Source of the DNA: a virus
Taxonomy: Duplodnaviria; Caudoviricetes
IMG/VR virus record: IMGVR_UViG_3300028145_000005
Coordinates: 1 to 49,575 of that record
Reading direction: 5' to 3' (one strand)
DNA: 49,575 bases
The notes beneath the pieces were generated by a model. The model was given only the letters and a program-made list of their open reading frames with translations. It ran no database searches and was not told the origin of the DNA. Numbering within the stretch: the stretch's first letter is position 1; the number at the start of each line of letters is the position of its first letter. Below are positions 8,362 to 16,334 of this stretch, one piece after another. Position numbers and translations under genes: made by a program.

Positions 8362-8616
8362 GTCCGTGGCGGGCAAAGGCCCCCAGCGCCACGTCAGGAC
8401 TGCGAAATCGCCCTCGATGGGTGATTTGTCGATATGCCACAACGCCAATACAGCCTTATGTCCATTACGCCATACGGCCTGTAGCCTAATGGGACTCCCG
8501 TGTGGGGAGGGCGGGCCCCTTATAGAAAGAGGGCCCGCTCTAAAAGCCCCCTACGGCATGGGAGGGTGGGGACGGTCTGGCGCGGAAAAGAAGATTCCTT
8601 ACGTGCGCGTGTGTGA

Positions 8617-8946
8617 TTACGATCCAGTGCTGCCTGTCGGCAGGTCATTGGGATTGATCGCCAGCAACGCTTTGTGAGCGGATTGACGGCCACGGCGCAG
8701 TTCACGCAGTGCGGCCAGTTCAGGCCTGAGAGCGCCAGGCAATGGCTTGCCGTCAAGCACGCGCTTGGATTCTTGAACGCGAGACCACGCGGTGGCGCAA
8801 GAGGCGCGGGATTGTGGCGGAGTTGCGGGGTCTAGGATCGTTTCTGCCAACACCCGCTGAATTGCAATGGCTTGATTACGCTCGCGACGCTGGCCTCTAC
8901 GCGGTTGCGGGCTTGGTTTAGGCGGTACTGTGGTTGCGGTTGACAT
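8617..8946 (-). CDS. Hypothetical protein, candidate terminase small subunit
   Basis: Isolated leftward, basic, helical 109-aa gene (AWSRVQESKRVLDGKPLPG) beside the C/G skew switch; assignment is positional only. Confidence 0.4.
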   Translation of the reverse strand: MSTATTVPPKPSPQPRRGQRRERNQAIAIQRVLAETILDPATPPQSRASCATAWSRVQESKRVLDGKPLPGALRPELAALRELRRGRQSAHKALLAINPNDLPTGSTGS

Positions 8947-9015
8947 GGGATAAGGTGGTACGCTGCGGATGAGGTAAACGCAAGCTTTGTGGCATGAAGC
9001 GTGCCGAGTGAGTTG

Positions 9016-9032
9016 GGTAAAAGTACGGACTA
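9016..9032 (+). promoter_or_regulatory. Repeated 17-bp regulatory motif GGTAAAAGTACGGACTA
   Basis: Second copy of the 4033-4049 motif, upstream of the early cluster. Confidence 0.55.
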
Positions 9033-9104
9033 TGCAGCGAATGGGCTTTGTGCGATAACCAAAGAACCGGAGCGGATGAACCGCTTTAGAACATCATAAA
9101 GACT

Positions 9105-9479
9105 ATGAGCAACACAACGACGGAGACCAAGGTCAGCGAGTTTGAGGTAATCGACCACGGCATAGAGCACGCGCAATACTTTCAGGGTTGCGGCTGTTCT
9201 TACACGAAGTTTGATCGGGTAGTGACAGGATGCGGCGAGAGCGCGGCTGAAGCGTGGGACGATGCTCTTGAGCAGATTGCGATGGAAGGAATCGAATTTG
9301 CGGCTGAAGGCACGGAGGATAACGCGCTCTACACGTCAAAGAAAGCGACAGAGGCCAGTGTGGCAAATCATCTTGCCAAGCAGGGAATCGAGCTGGGCGA
9401 GGATGAGGATTGCGAATTGTATTACTACGTGAGCATTCGCTTTAACACGGTCAACACACAGAAAGCAGGTGCCCAATGA
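9105..9479 (+). CDS. Acidic early protein
   Basis: 124 aa with about 23 D/E versus about 8 K/R; first gene of the rightward early cluster. Confidence 0.7.
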   Translation: MSNTTTETKVSEFEVIDHGIEHAQYFQGCGCSYTKFDRVVTGCGESAAEAWDDALEQIAMEGIEFAAEGTEDNALYTSKKATEASVANHLAKQGIELGEDEDCELYYYVSIRFNTVNTQKAGAQ

Positions 9480-9709
9480 AGCCCGTCCACACTCTCGGGA
9501 AGGTTCGATGCAAAAGAACCGGGCAAATGGGCAAAGTTGTTTCTGCCGACTATTACGCGATTACTGTTCTGTGGGATGATGGCAGGAAGACGCTGGAGCA
9601 ACGTGCCACCAAGGACAGCTTGCCACTGGCCTTAGAGCAAGCGACAAACCCCAACGCCGGGCAGGAGCAAGCCTACCCGGCCGGCCGATGGACGGGGGGC
9701 AAGTCGTGA
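9476..9709 (+). CDS. Hypothetical protein (SH3/KOW-like)
   Basis: GKVRCKRTGQMGKVV...ITVLWDDG; coupled to its neighbours. Confidence 0.55.
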   Translation: MKPVHTLGKVRCKRTGQMGKVVSADYYAITVLWDDGRKTLEQRATKDSLPLALEQATNPNAGQEQAYPAGRWTGGKS

Positions 9710-9969
9710 AGCTTAAGCCTACGCCGAAGCATCCGATCAGGGTTTATGATGTCGTCCATGTATGGCGCGGCATTTATTCGGTTTGCTGGATCGATGAGTT
9801 GAACTACCCAAGAGCATTTACAAGCCTTTATCGGCGCATTACTGGGCAATGGTTTACGGGTGAAGTGCATCCGACAGGAGTCCATGGTCAACCGCTGCGG
9901 GTTGCCCCTGCGATAATCGCCATTGCCCTGGAGCAAGCTTCGACTTTGACCGTGCCGGATAACCAATGA
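9706..9969 (+). CDS. Hypothetical protein
   Basis: GTGA-coupled start within ORF 9688..9969. Confidence 0.55.
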   Translation: MKLKPTPKHPIRVYDVVHVWRGIYSVCWIDELNYPRAFTSLYRRITGQWFTGEVHPTGVHGQPLRVAPAIIAIALEQASTLTVPDNQ

Positions 9970-10033
9970 AGCCGCACACTTGCCGCGAACCAGACACTTG
10001 TTGCAGCCTAGAAATTGCCAAGGGAATGCTACA

Positions 10034-10471
10034 ATGAACACACAACTTGAACCAACCCAGGAACAAGAGCCCGCGCCAGCATTGCCCGTGTCGGTGCGTT
10101 TAATCCAGGAAGCCAAGGTTCGGCATGTTGCCGAGCTGGAGCTATTGCGGTCGTTGGCCGGCATCATCGACAAAGTGCCGGAGTCCATTGCCCTGAAATG
10201 CTCGATTTATAAGGAGAGCCTGGACTTCAACAACCTGCTGCGCGATGAGGCGCTGGCTGTGATCGGTGCGTTGGGTGCGGGCAAATGGACTAAAGAGGTC
10301 AATTTATCAGATCCGTCGATGGTCGATTACAACACCGAAATTGACGGCAAGAAGGTCAGATTATGGGCAGCGGCCCCGCCTGACAGCTGCCGGGTGATCG
10401 AGGTCGAGGAGGAAGTGCCCGCAACCCGGATCGTGCGCCGTAAATTGGTCTGTTCTGGCTCCGAAGCATGA
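10034..10471 (+). CDS. Hypothetical protein
   Basis: Probable start MNTQLEP; ATGA-coupled to the next gene. Confidence 0.6.
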   Translation: MNTQLEPTQEQEPAPALPVSVRLIQEAKVRHVAELELLRSLAGIIDKVPESIALKCSIYKESLDFNNLLRDEALAVIGALGAGKWTKEVNLSDPSMVDYNTEIDGKKVRLWAAAPPDSCRVIEVEEEVPATRIVRRKLVCSGSEA

Positions 10472-10758
10472 ATACAGAAGCACAACGGATCGCAATTGCG
10501 GAAGCCTGCGGGTGGAAGAAAGAGAGCAACGGCATTCGTTCGCTCCCCGATTACCTCAATGACCTCAACGCCATGCATGAGGCAGAGAAAGTGCTCTCTA
10601 AGGATGATTGGGACGATAAATTCTATCACTGGATCGGCTTCGTTGTAAGCGGTGGGCGCGAAGCTCAGCTTTGGGAGTACCGCAAGCTTGTTGTTCATGC
10701 CTCTGCCGCCCAACGCGCCGAAGCGTTCCTACGGACTATTGGCAAATGGAAAGACTAA
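10468..10758 (+). CDS. Phage ABA-sandwich-domain-like protein
   Basis: IAIAEACGW...LPDYLNDLNAMHEAEKVL...ASAAQRAEAFLRTIG. Confidence 0.65.
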   Translation: MNTEAQRIAIAEACGWKKESNGIRSLPDYLNDLNAMHEAEKVLSKDDWDDKFYHWIGFVVSGGREAQLWEYRKLVVHASAAQRAEAFLRTIGKWKD

Positions 10759-10769
10759 ACCCAAATCTT

Positions 10770-11051
10770 ATGAACCTGAAAAACTACACTGTTTATTGTG
10801 AATTGCGCTCAGAGAATCCAGTGGAAGCAAAGGCGCTATTTGCCGCCTGTCGACGGTCTTACTCGCCTAGAATGTGCGGCTTAATGCCCAATAACGATCA
10901 ACTAGTTGTGATCCAAAAGACTGAAGCCAAGGACTTTGTGCGCGGCATTATGGACGATGTGGACTTGGGCCAACACGACAAATGGTTAATAACCAAGCTC
11001 TTGTCGGAATGGATGATCGGCAACGTCAGAGAGGAAGCTTGCGCTCAATGA
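10770..11051 (+). CDS. Hypothetical protein
   Basis: Probable start MNLKNY; coupled to the next gene. Confidence 0.55.
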   Translation: MNLKNYTVYCELRSENPVEAKALFAACRRSYSPRMCGLMPNNDQLVVIQKTEAKDFVRGIMDDVDLGQHDKWLITKLLSEWMIGNVREEACAQ

Positions 11052-11212
11052 ACCTGCGCCAACTGCGTAAGAAAGCCCGAATCAGCCTCAAGGCGCTGGC
11101 TGCTGAGATGGGCATTAGTCCTAGCAAGGTGGCCTGTATCGAACGCTGGCCTTTGGCGGATCCGACTTGGGCCGACCGCTATGTCGAGGCTCTGGCCCGT
11201 CTTACCGCATGA
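11048..11212 (+). CDS. Cro/XRE-family helix-turn-helix regulator
   Basis: MNLRQLRKKARISLKALAAEMGISPSKVACIER. Confidence 0.8.
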   Translation: MNLRQLRKKARISLKALAAEMGISPSKVACIERWPLADPTWADRYVEALARLTA

Positions 11213-11394
11213 GCCCCCGGGATTTTGAGGCCATTATGGAAATTCTCTCTGATTTGGAGGGCGGTTATCTTGAGCCTCGAATTGCCGAGCAGTGGCGGAT
11301 CAAGCTGGAGCACATCTTAATGAAGCACGATTATTTCAAGTGCGACATAGCGGCTTGCAACTGTGGAGGATGGCACAAACGGCAAAACGCATGA
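11209..11394 (+). CDS. Hypothetical protein
   Basis: ATGA-coupled; CDIAACNCGGWH. Confidence 0.55.
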   Translation: MSPRDFEAIMEILSDLEGGYLEPRIAEQWRIKLEHILMKHDYFKCDIAACNCGGWHKRQNA

Positions 11395-11564
11395 AAAACT
11401 CCTATGATTGCCCTAGGTGCGGGGAGGAGATCCTCGTGGACCCAAACCAAGACGCGGTGAAGTGCGAGGGCTGTCAGACACAACTGAAGGTCGAGGCTGA
11501 TGCGGAGCTAATCGACGGCTCTTGGAAAGACCGGACTAGCCTTATTCCCATTAAAACGGCATGA
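11391..11564 (+). CDS. Zinc-ribbon protein
   Basis: CPRCG...CEGC. Confidence 0.65.
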   Translation: MKNSYDCPRCGEEILVDPNQDAVKCEGCQTQLKVEADAELIDGSWKDRTSLIPIKTA

Positions 11565-11836
11565 AAGTCATTGCGCTAGAGTTCATTAAGGGCGGATTTA
11601 CCCACAAAGTGATTGATCGCCGTGGCATGGTGCTGCTGGTCGAGCGCAGGCACGCCGATGTAGAGCATCCACACTGGGAAGTCATAAAGGTCCGCGTAAG
11701 CCCTGAAAGGGTCGTGTTTGGGGTTCCCCGCCCCGAATGCGAGGTATACCCGTCAAGCGAGGACTGGGGCAAACGCGGCTGGACTTACACGACTTTGGAG
11801 GATGCCCGAGCCAAGTTCGATTCACTGACTACATGA
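11561..11836 (+). CDS. Hypothetical phage protein
   Basis: 91 aa; EVYPSSEDWGKRGWTY; coupled at both ends. Confidence 0.65.
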   Translation: MKVIALEFIKGGFTHKVIDRRGMVLLVERRHADVEHPHWEVIKVRVSPERVVFGVPRPECEVYPSSEDWGKRGWTYTTLEDARAKFDSLTT

Positions 11837-12114
11837 ACCGACGCGCATTCATCTCTAAGACCGCCTTGACCGCGTTGGCGGCTCCATTTCTCCCGACAGC
11901 CTTGGCAACAACGCCTGCTGCGGTTGCGCCAGCCAAGCCGTGGCATTGGCGCGGCGAATGGAGGCGGGGCAACCGAATCCATGTCGAGGAATCGGATAAC
12001 GTGGGCGATTTACTGGACTTTATCGGTCTTGAAGAACACTGGAATGGCGAACTCAAAATCTGGCAAAACGGTAAACTCATCTACACTCGGCGCAAGAATC
12101 GACTCTATGATTGA
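11833..12114 (+). CDS. Protein with Tat-like signal; possible paralogue of 6748-7113
   Basis: MNRRAFISKTALTALAAPFLPTALA; C-terminal ELKIWQNGKLI. Confidence 0.6.
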   Translation: MNRRAFISKTALTALAAPFLPTALATTPAAVAPAKPWHWRGEWRRGNRIHVEESDNVGDLLDFIGLEEHWNGELKIWQNGKLIYTRRKNRLYD

Positions 12115-13573
12115 CCCAGACCAAACCCTAGACATCGGCCTACCGGCCGACGTTGAACACCAACAGCCAGCCATGAAGATGCGCGGCCCCGAGATAGAGC
12201 CAATGCTTGCTCTAGTCGAGCGAGCCACTAGGGATTCGACCATTGACGTGGAGAAAATGGAACGATTGCTCGCCATGGCTGAGCGATTGCAGGCTAAGCG
12301 GGCTGAATCGGAATACGACCAAGCCATGAACGCGGCCCAAAGCGAGATGTTGCCGGTAGCCCGGGATAGCGATAACCCGCAGACTCGTAGCCGTTACGTG
12401 TCCTATGGGGCGCTTGACCGGGCCGTCCGGCCCATTTATACGGCCCACGGGTTCAGCTTGTCCTTCGGGACGCGGGCCACCGGGCCGGATAGGGTAACGA
12501 TAACGTGCCGAGTCAGCCATCGCGCCGGCCACACCGATCGGGTTGAAATCGAAATGCCAGCCGACGGCAAGGGTGCTAAGGGTGGCGACGTGCAGACCAA
12601 AACCCACGCAACTGGTTCAGCCGTAAGCTATGGCATGCGGTATCTGCTGAAAATGATCTTCAACATTGCGGTGGGCGAATACGACGATGACGGCAATGCA
12701 GCGGCGGGAGCCAAGAGACAGCAATACACCCCGAAGGCTGCCCCTACTCCTTTCAAGCGAGCCAAGCCAGCGTCACCAGCGTCACCAGCGTCACCCAAGG
12801 GCCTCGCCAGCGTCCTAAATGCCTTTATGGAACGTTGCAAGGCCAAGCTCGTAGAAAAGGCCAAGGCCAACGTCGTAAACCTCCCATATTGGGATATGTA
12901 CGCCCAGGACCGGGGTTGGATTCTGCCAAACGAGACCATTGAGGCGATCCTGGGCAATCCTGCCCAGGTGTTCGTGCTCGATTACAACAAAGACGTTGCC
13001 GGTAATACCCCAGCCGTCACCGAACAATTCCTAGCGCATGAAAAGGCCGTCATGTCCTTGGCGGCAGAACACCCGGTGGAAGGCGCTATCCAAGATGGTG
13101 TTGGACCAAACTTCGAGGAACCCGTAAGCATCGCCGGAACCAAGGACGCCTCGGCTCAAGGCTGCCCCAATTGCGGGCATAAGGCGGTGGTCATGTCCAA
13201 GGATTACGACGGCATTCTTGTATGCCAAGCCTGTGCGTGGCAATGGGATGTGCAAACAGGCGACTATTTTGAGGAACACGAATGGCAGAAGGTCATTTGT
13301 CCAATTCCGCCGCCAGGAACGACGAAGCGGGATTATGACCAGCAGCCGATGACGCTGGGGCAGGTGTTCCGGGTGGACAACAAGAGGGCATACGGCCTAA
13401 CCATGAATTGCAGCGAGGCCAAGGCTAGGTTGGGCCGAGATTGGAAGGGCAAGCACTACGCGCCCTCCGATGCCGACATTGCCTTCGGTCGAGCCTGCGA
13501 CCAAGCCAAGGTCCACATGGAACAAGCCAAGGAACAGGGCGAACCAGACAACGAAATTGACCAACCTTTTTGA
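12107..13573 (+). CDS. erf: ERF-family single-strand annealing protein with long C-terminal extension containing a Zn ribbon
   Basis: DVEKMERLL...AMNAAQSEM...NPQTRSRY...HGFSLSF...HATGSAVSYGMRYLLKMIFNIAVGEYDDDGN; later CPNC...CQAC; acidic tail DNEIDQPF. Confidence 0.85.
   Translation: MIDPDQTLDIGLPADVEHQQPAMKMRGPEIEPMLALVERATRDSTIDVEKMERLLAMAERLQAKRAESEYDQAMNAAQSEMLPVARDSDNPQTRSRYVSYGALDRAVRPIYTAHGFSLSFGTRATGPDRVTITCRVSHRAGHTDRVEIEMPADGKGAKGGDVQTKTHATGSAVSYGMRYLLKMIFNIAVGEYDDDGNAAAGAKRQQYTPKAAPTPFKRAKPASPASPASPKGLASVLNAFMERCKAKLVEKAKANVVNLPYWDMYAQDRGWILPNETIEAILGNPAQVFVLDYNKDVAGNTPAVTEQFLAHEKAVMSLAAEHPVEGAIQDGVGPNFEEPVSIAGTKDASAQGCPNCGHKAVVMSKDYDGILVCQACAWQWDVQTGDYFEEHEWQKVICPIPPPGTTKRDYDQQPMTLGQVFRVDNKRAYGLTMNCSEAKARLGRDWKGKHYAPSDADIAFGRACDQAKVHMEQAKEQGEPDNEIDQPF
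12767..12795 (+). repeat. 9-bp tandem repeat (CCAGCGTCA)x3 encoding PAS x3 in the ERF linker
   Basis: Read directly from the sequence. Confidence 0.85.
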
Positions 13574-13576
13574 TTT

Positions 13577-14440
13577 ATGGCGCATTTTTATACATCTGAC
13601 GGTCAACTGGTTGACGGGTTAAGGGCAGCGCGGCTCGTACAGGCAGTGCCCTCGCCAACAACAATTTTGTCGATGATCAAAGGCCCTGGGCTCATCGAAT
13701 ACTTCAAGCGCCAGATGTTCGAAGCGGCCGTCACAACGCCGCGCAATCCGTCCTGGACTGACAGCGAGCATTACGATGCTTGCGTGCAATGGAGCGAACA
13801 GCACAGTGTGGCAGCCCGCGACAAGGGCCTTGCGCTGCACAAGATCATCCAGGAGTTCCATCAAAGCTTGGTCGGCAAAGTCATGCTCCCTATCGCGTCG
13901 TTGACCCCTGAGTTGGCGGCCGGATACGACCTTTACCTCAGGTGGTACGAGAAATGGGTGAAACGAACATTAATCGTCGAAGAAGTGTTGTTCGGCGAAG
14001 GCTATGCGGGTCGCGTGGATCATGTGGCATTGCTCCAAGATGGCCGAGTGGCTGTATGCGACGTAAAAACGCAGGATCTGTCTAAACGAAAACGCTTTTC
14101 GCAATATCCAGAACATTTCTTGCAACTTGGTGCGTACGCTGGAACAATCAAACCCACACCGGATGTGCTCATCAGCATCTATGTGTCCAGCAATGCGCCA
14201 GTCAGCCTGGAAGCCTACGTGTGGCCGGGCAGTCCGCAGCTTGGACATGAGCTATTCCTAAACCTTCTGAGGCTATGGCAATTCATAAACAACTACCAGT
14301 TCCAAGAGACATCACTGGCCAAACCTTTGGCTGGGTTACCGCCATCCGTATTGTTGGACTCGATACCCAACGCGGTGCCGTCTGGCTGTGCAAATGCAGA
14401 TGCGGTAACGAGATCAAGCGAGCCCGGCGCGTGCTCTTAA
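13577..14440 (+). CDS. PD-(D/E)XK exonuclease (recombination partner of ERF)
   Basis: PSPTTIL...GLALH...EEVL...YAGRVD...DVKT...LQLGAYA. The C-terminus runs into HNH sequence. Confidence 0.8.
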   Translation: MAHFYTSDGQLVDGLRAARLVQAVPSPTTILSMIKGPGLIEYFKRQMFEAAVTTPRNPSWTDSEHYDACVQWSEQHSVAARDKGLALHKIIQEFHQSLVGKVMLPIASLTPELAAGYDLYLRWYEKWVKRTLIVEEVLFGEGYAGRVDHVALLQDGRVAVCDVKTQDLSKRKRFSQYPEHFLQLGAYAGTIKPTPDVLISIYVSSNAPVSLEAYVWPGSPQLGHELFLNLLRLWQFINNYQFQETSLAKPLAGLPPSVLLDSIPNAVPSGCANADAVTRSSEPGACS

Positions 14441-14976
14441 GCGGCAAAACTGTTTCATGTGGCTGTTTCTTTTTTCAAAAACGTGGTGGTAAACGCGACA
14501 ATCCGGCCTACCAGACATGGCGTTCAATGCTCCAACGTTGTCGGAACGTGAATACCCCCAAAAATCGCCATTATGTCGGCCGAGGAATCAGTGTTTGCGA
14601 CCGCTGGAAGAACGACTTTTATGCATTTTCCGCTGATATGGGCCCAAAACCAGAAGGAGCGAGCATCGAGCGTATCAATAACGACGGCAATTACGAACCC
14701 GGCAACTGCAAATGGGCCACAACCAAAGAGCAAACGAGAAATTATCGCCGAAACGTCAAAATCACTTACCAAGGTCGAACTCAGTGCGTCACAGATTGGG
14801 CCGCTGAACTGGGCCTTAACTCACAACGCATATTTGAGCGCCTCGCAAGAGGATGGCCAGTTGAGGCGGCACTAACTATCCCGAAACAGATGAACCACGA
14901 CAAAAGACGTGGAGCACGTTCGTTCCGCACCAAGCCGACAACGACAGACCGGCCCGTGGAGGCGCTAAGCCAATGA
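14275..14976 (+). CDS. HNH homing endonuclease (YGGRGI-type)
   Basis: DITGQTFGWVT...WLCKCRCG, HYVGRGISVC, ERINNDGNYEPGNCKWAT. Confidence 0.85.
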   Translation: MAIHKQLPVPRDITGQTFGWVTAIRIVGLDTQRGAVWLCKCRCGNEIKRARRVLLSGKTVSCGCFFFQKRGGKRDNPAYQTWRSMLQRCRNVNTPKNRHYVGRGISVCDRWKNDFYAFSADMGPKPEGASIERINNDGNYEPGNCKWATTKEQTRNYRRNVKITYQGRTQCVTDWAAELGLNSQRIFERLARGWPVEAALTIPKQMNHDKRRGARSFRTKPTTTDRPVEALSQ

Positions 14977-15185
14977 AAACCGCCGAAGAATGGCATAATC
15001 AGTATCGAAAAGACGAAGGCTGGGTGTATCCGCATATCGACGACATTCGCGCTATCCAAGCCGATGCCTTGCGCCATGCGGCTGGAGTTGCTGAAAAGAT
15101 TTGCAACCAACGTGACAGGTTAGTCACAGGTGAACTGATTGGCGACACACTCCTCGCCGAAGCCGACAAACTAACCAAGCCATGA
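14973..15185 (+). CDS. Hypothetical protein
   Basis: MKTAEEW...IRAIQADALRHAA; ATGA-coupled. Confidence 0.65.
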   Translation: MKTAEEWHNQYRKDEGWVYPHIDDIRAIQADALRHAAGVAEKICNQRDRLVTGELIGDTLLAEADKLTKP

Positions 15186-15194
15186 GTTCTTCCC

Positions 15195-15374
15195 ATGCTC
15201 ATCCTTAAGCGCAGAATCGGGCAATCCTTCCTCATCGACGGGCGTATCCTCGTCCGACTCATGTCCACGGCTCGCGGCAGCGCCGTCATTGGCATCCAGG
15301 CACCAGTCGCCGTGCCGGTGCTGCGGGAGGAAGTGCTGGAGCGGCCCAAAGAGCAGGAGAAGGCCACACCGTGA
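15195..15374 (+). CDS. csrA: Carbon storage regulator CsrA/RsmA homologue
   Basis: Not in the ORF track. Manual translation MLILKRRIGQSFLIDGRILVRLMSTARGSAVIGIQAPVAVPVLREEVLERPKEQEKATP matches MLxLxRxxGE...IGIxAP..V.V.REE. Confidence 0.9.
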   Translation: MLILKRRIGQSFLIDGRILVRLMSTARGSAVIGIQAPVAVPVLREEVLERPKEQEKATP

Positions 15375-15434
15375 ATAACCCTGTGAACAAGGCCAATAAC
15401 TTTTGCTTGCACTCGTGTTGACATTGTTGACATC

Positions 15435-16334
15435 ATGCACACGATGACCGGATACACTAAGCTTTTCGGATCCATCGTCCTGTCAACAATCTGGCGGGAG
15501 CCGAACCATATTCGCATCGTCTGGATTACGATGCTGGCGCTGGCCGACAAGCGCGGAATCGTGGAAGGCTCGGTGCCGGGATTGGCTGACCTATGTCGCG
15601 TCTCGGTGGGTGAATGCCGAGAGGCGCTTGAGAAACTCATGGCACCGGACCCAGATTCCCGCACAAAAGCCGAAGGGGGACGAAGAATCCTCGAAGTTGA
15701 AGGCGGCTGGCAACTTGTAAACCACGCCAAATATCGCGCAAAACTCAACCAAGATGAGCGCAAGGAGTACCTCCGGATCAAGAAACAGGAATCACGTGTC
15801 AACAAACGTCGCGAATTGTCTACACCGTCAACACAACCAGAAGCAGCACCAGAAGCAGAAGCAGGTACTAGTACTTTGTCGGGCAAGCCCGACGGCGCGT
15901 ACCATAAAAACTGCCGAGCGGTCCTTTACCTACTCAACGAAGCTTCAGGAAGCCATTACCGGGAGGTTGATACCAACCTTGCGCTAATATCGGCTAGGCT
16001 TAGAGAACCCGGTGTGGATCTGGATGGGATACGGCTCATGATTACCCGGCAGTGCAAGTTGTGGATGGGGACCGAAATGGAGACGTTCCTCAGGCCGGAA
16101 ACCCTCTTCGCAAAAACTAAATTCGATAGTTATTATGGAAATCGAGAAAAGTCCATCGACCCGGCCAATAGCCGAAATCGCCAAGGTGGCCCTGACCGCA
16201 ACGCAGGCACTTACTACAACCCGGAAGAAAACAAGGCCGGAATCAAGCGGAGGCTCGCCAAAGATCGGAAACTCTTGGACGGACAAGTGGCTGGGCCTGA
16301 AACCGTGGCACCCGGAGATCCTGCGCCTCAGTAG
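15435..16334 (+). CDS. Phage replication initiator (winged-helix N-terminus, conserved phage C-terminal domain)
   Basis: YTKLFGSIVLSTIW...WITMLALAD...DPDSRT...GRRI...GGWQLVNHAKYR; C-terminal LNEASG...ARLRE...FLRPETLF...KFDSY; upstream of a DnaC-like ATPase. Confidence 0.8.
   Translation: MHTMTGYTKLFGSIVLSTIWREPNHIRIVWITMLALADKRGIVEGSVPGLADLCRVSVGECREALEKLMAPDPDSRTKAEGGRRILEVEGGWQLVNHAKYRAKLNQDERKEYLRIKKQESRVNKRRELSTPSTQPEAAPEAEAGTSTLSGKPDGAYHKNCRAVLYLLNEASGSHYREVDTNLALISARLREPGVDLDGIRLMITRQCKLWMGTEMETFLRPETLFAKTKFDSYYGNREKSIDPANSRNRQGGPDRNAGTYYNPEENKAGIKRRLAKDRKLLDGQVAGPETVAPGDPAPQ
15797..15833. repeat. Iteron-like repeats (T/C)GTC(A/T)ACA; candidate replication origin
   Basis: TGTCAACA 15797, TGTCTACA 15817 and CGTCAACA 15826 in the initiator linker; inverted copies at 15416 and 15425. 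Confidence 0.5.

Noticed and set aside
14999-15886. 295-aa minus-strand ORF
   Set aside because: Antisense shadow of csrA and the initiator; Ser/Arg-rich with no motif
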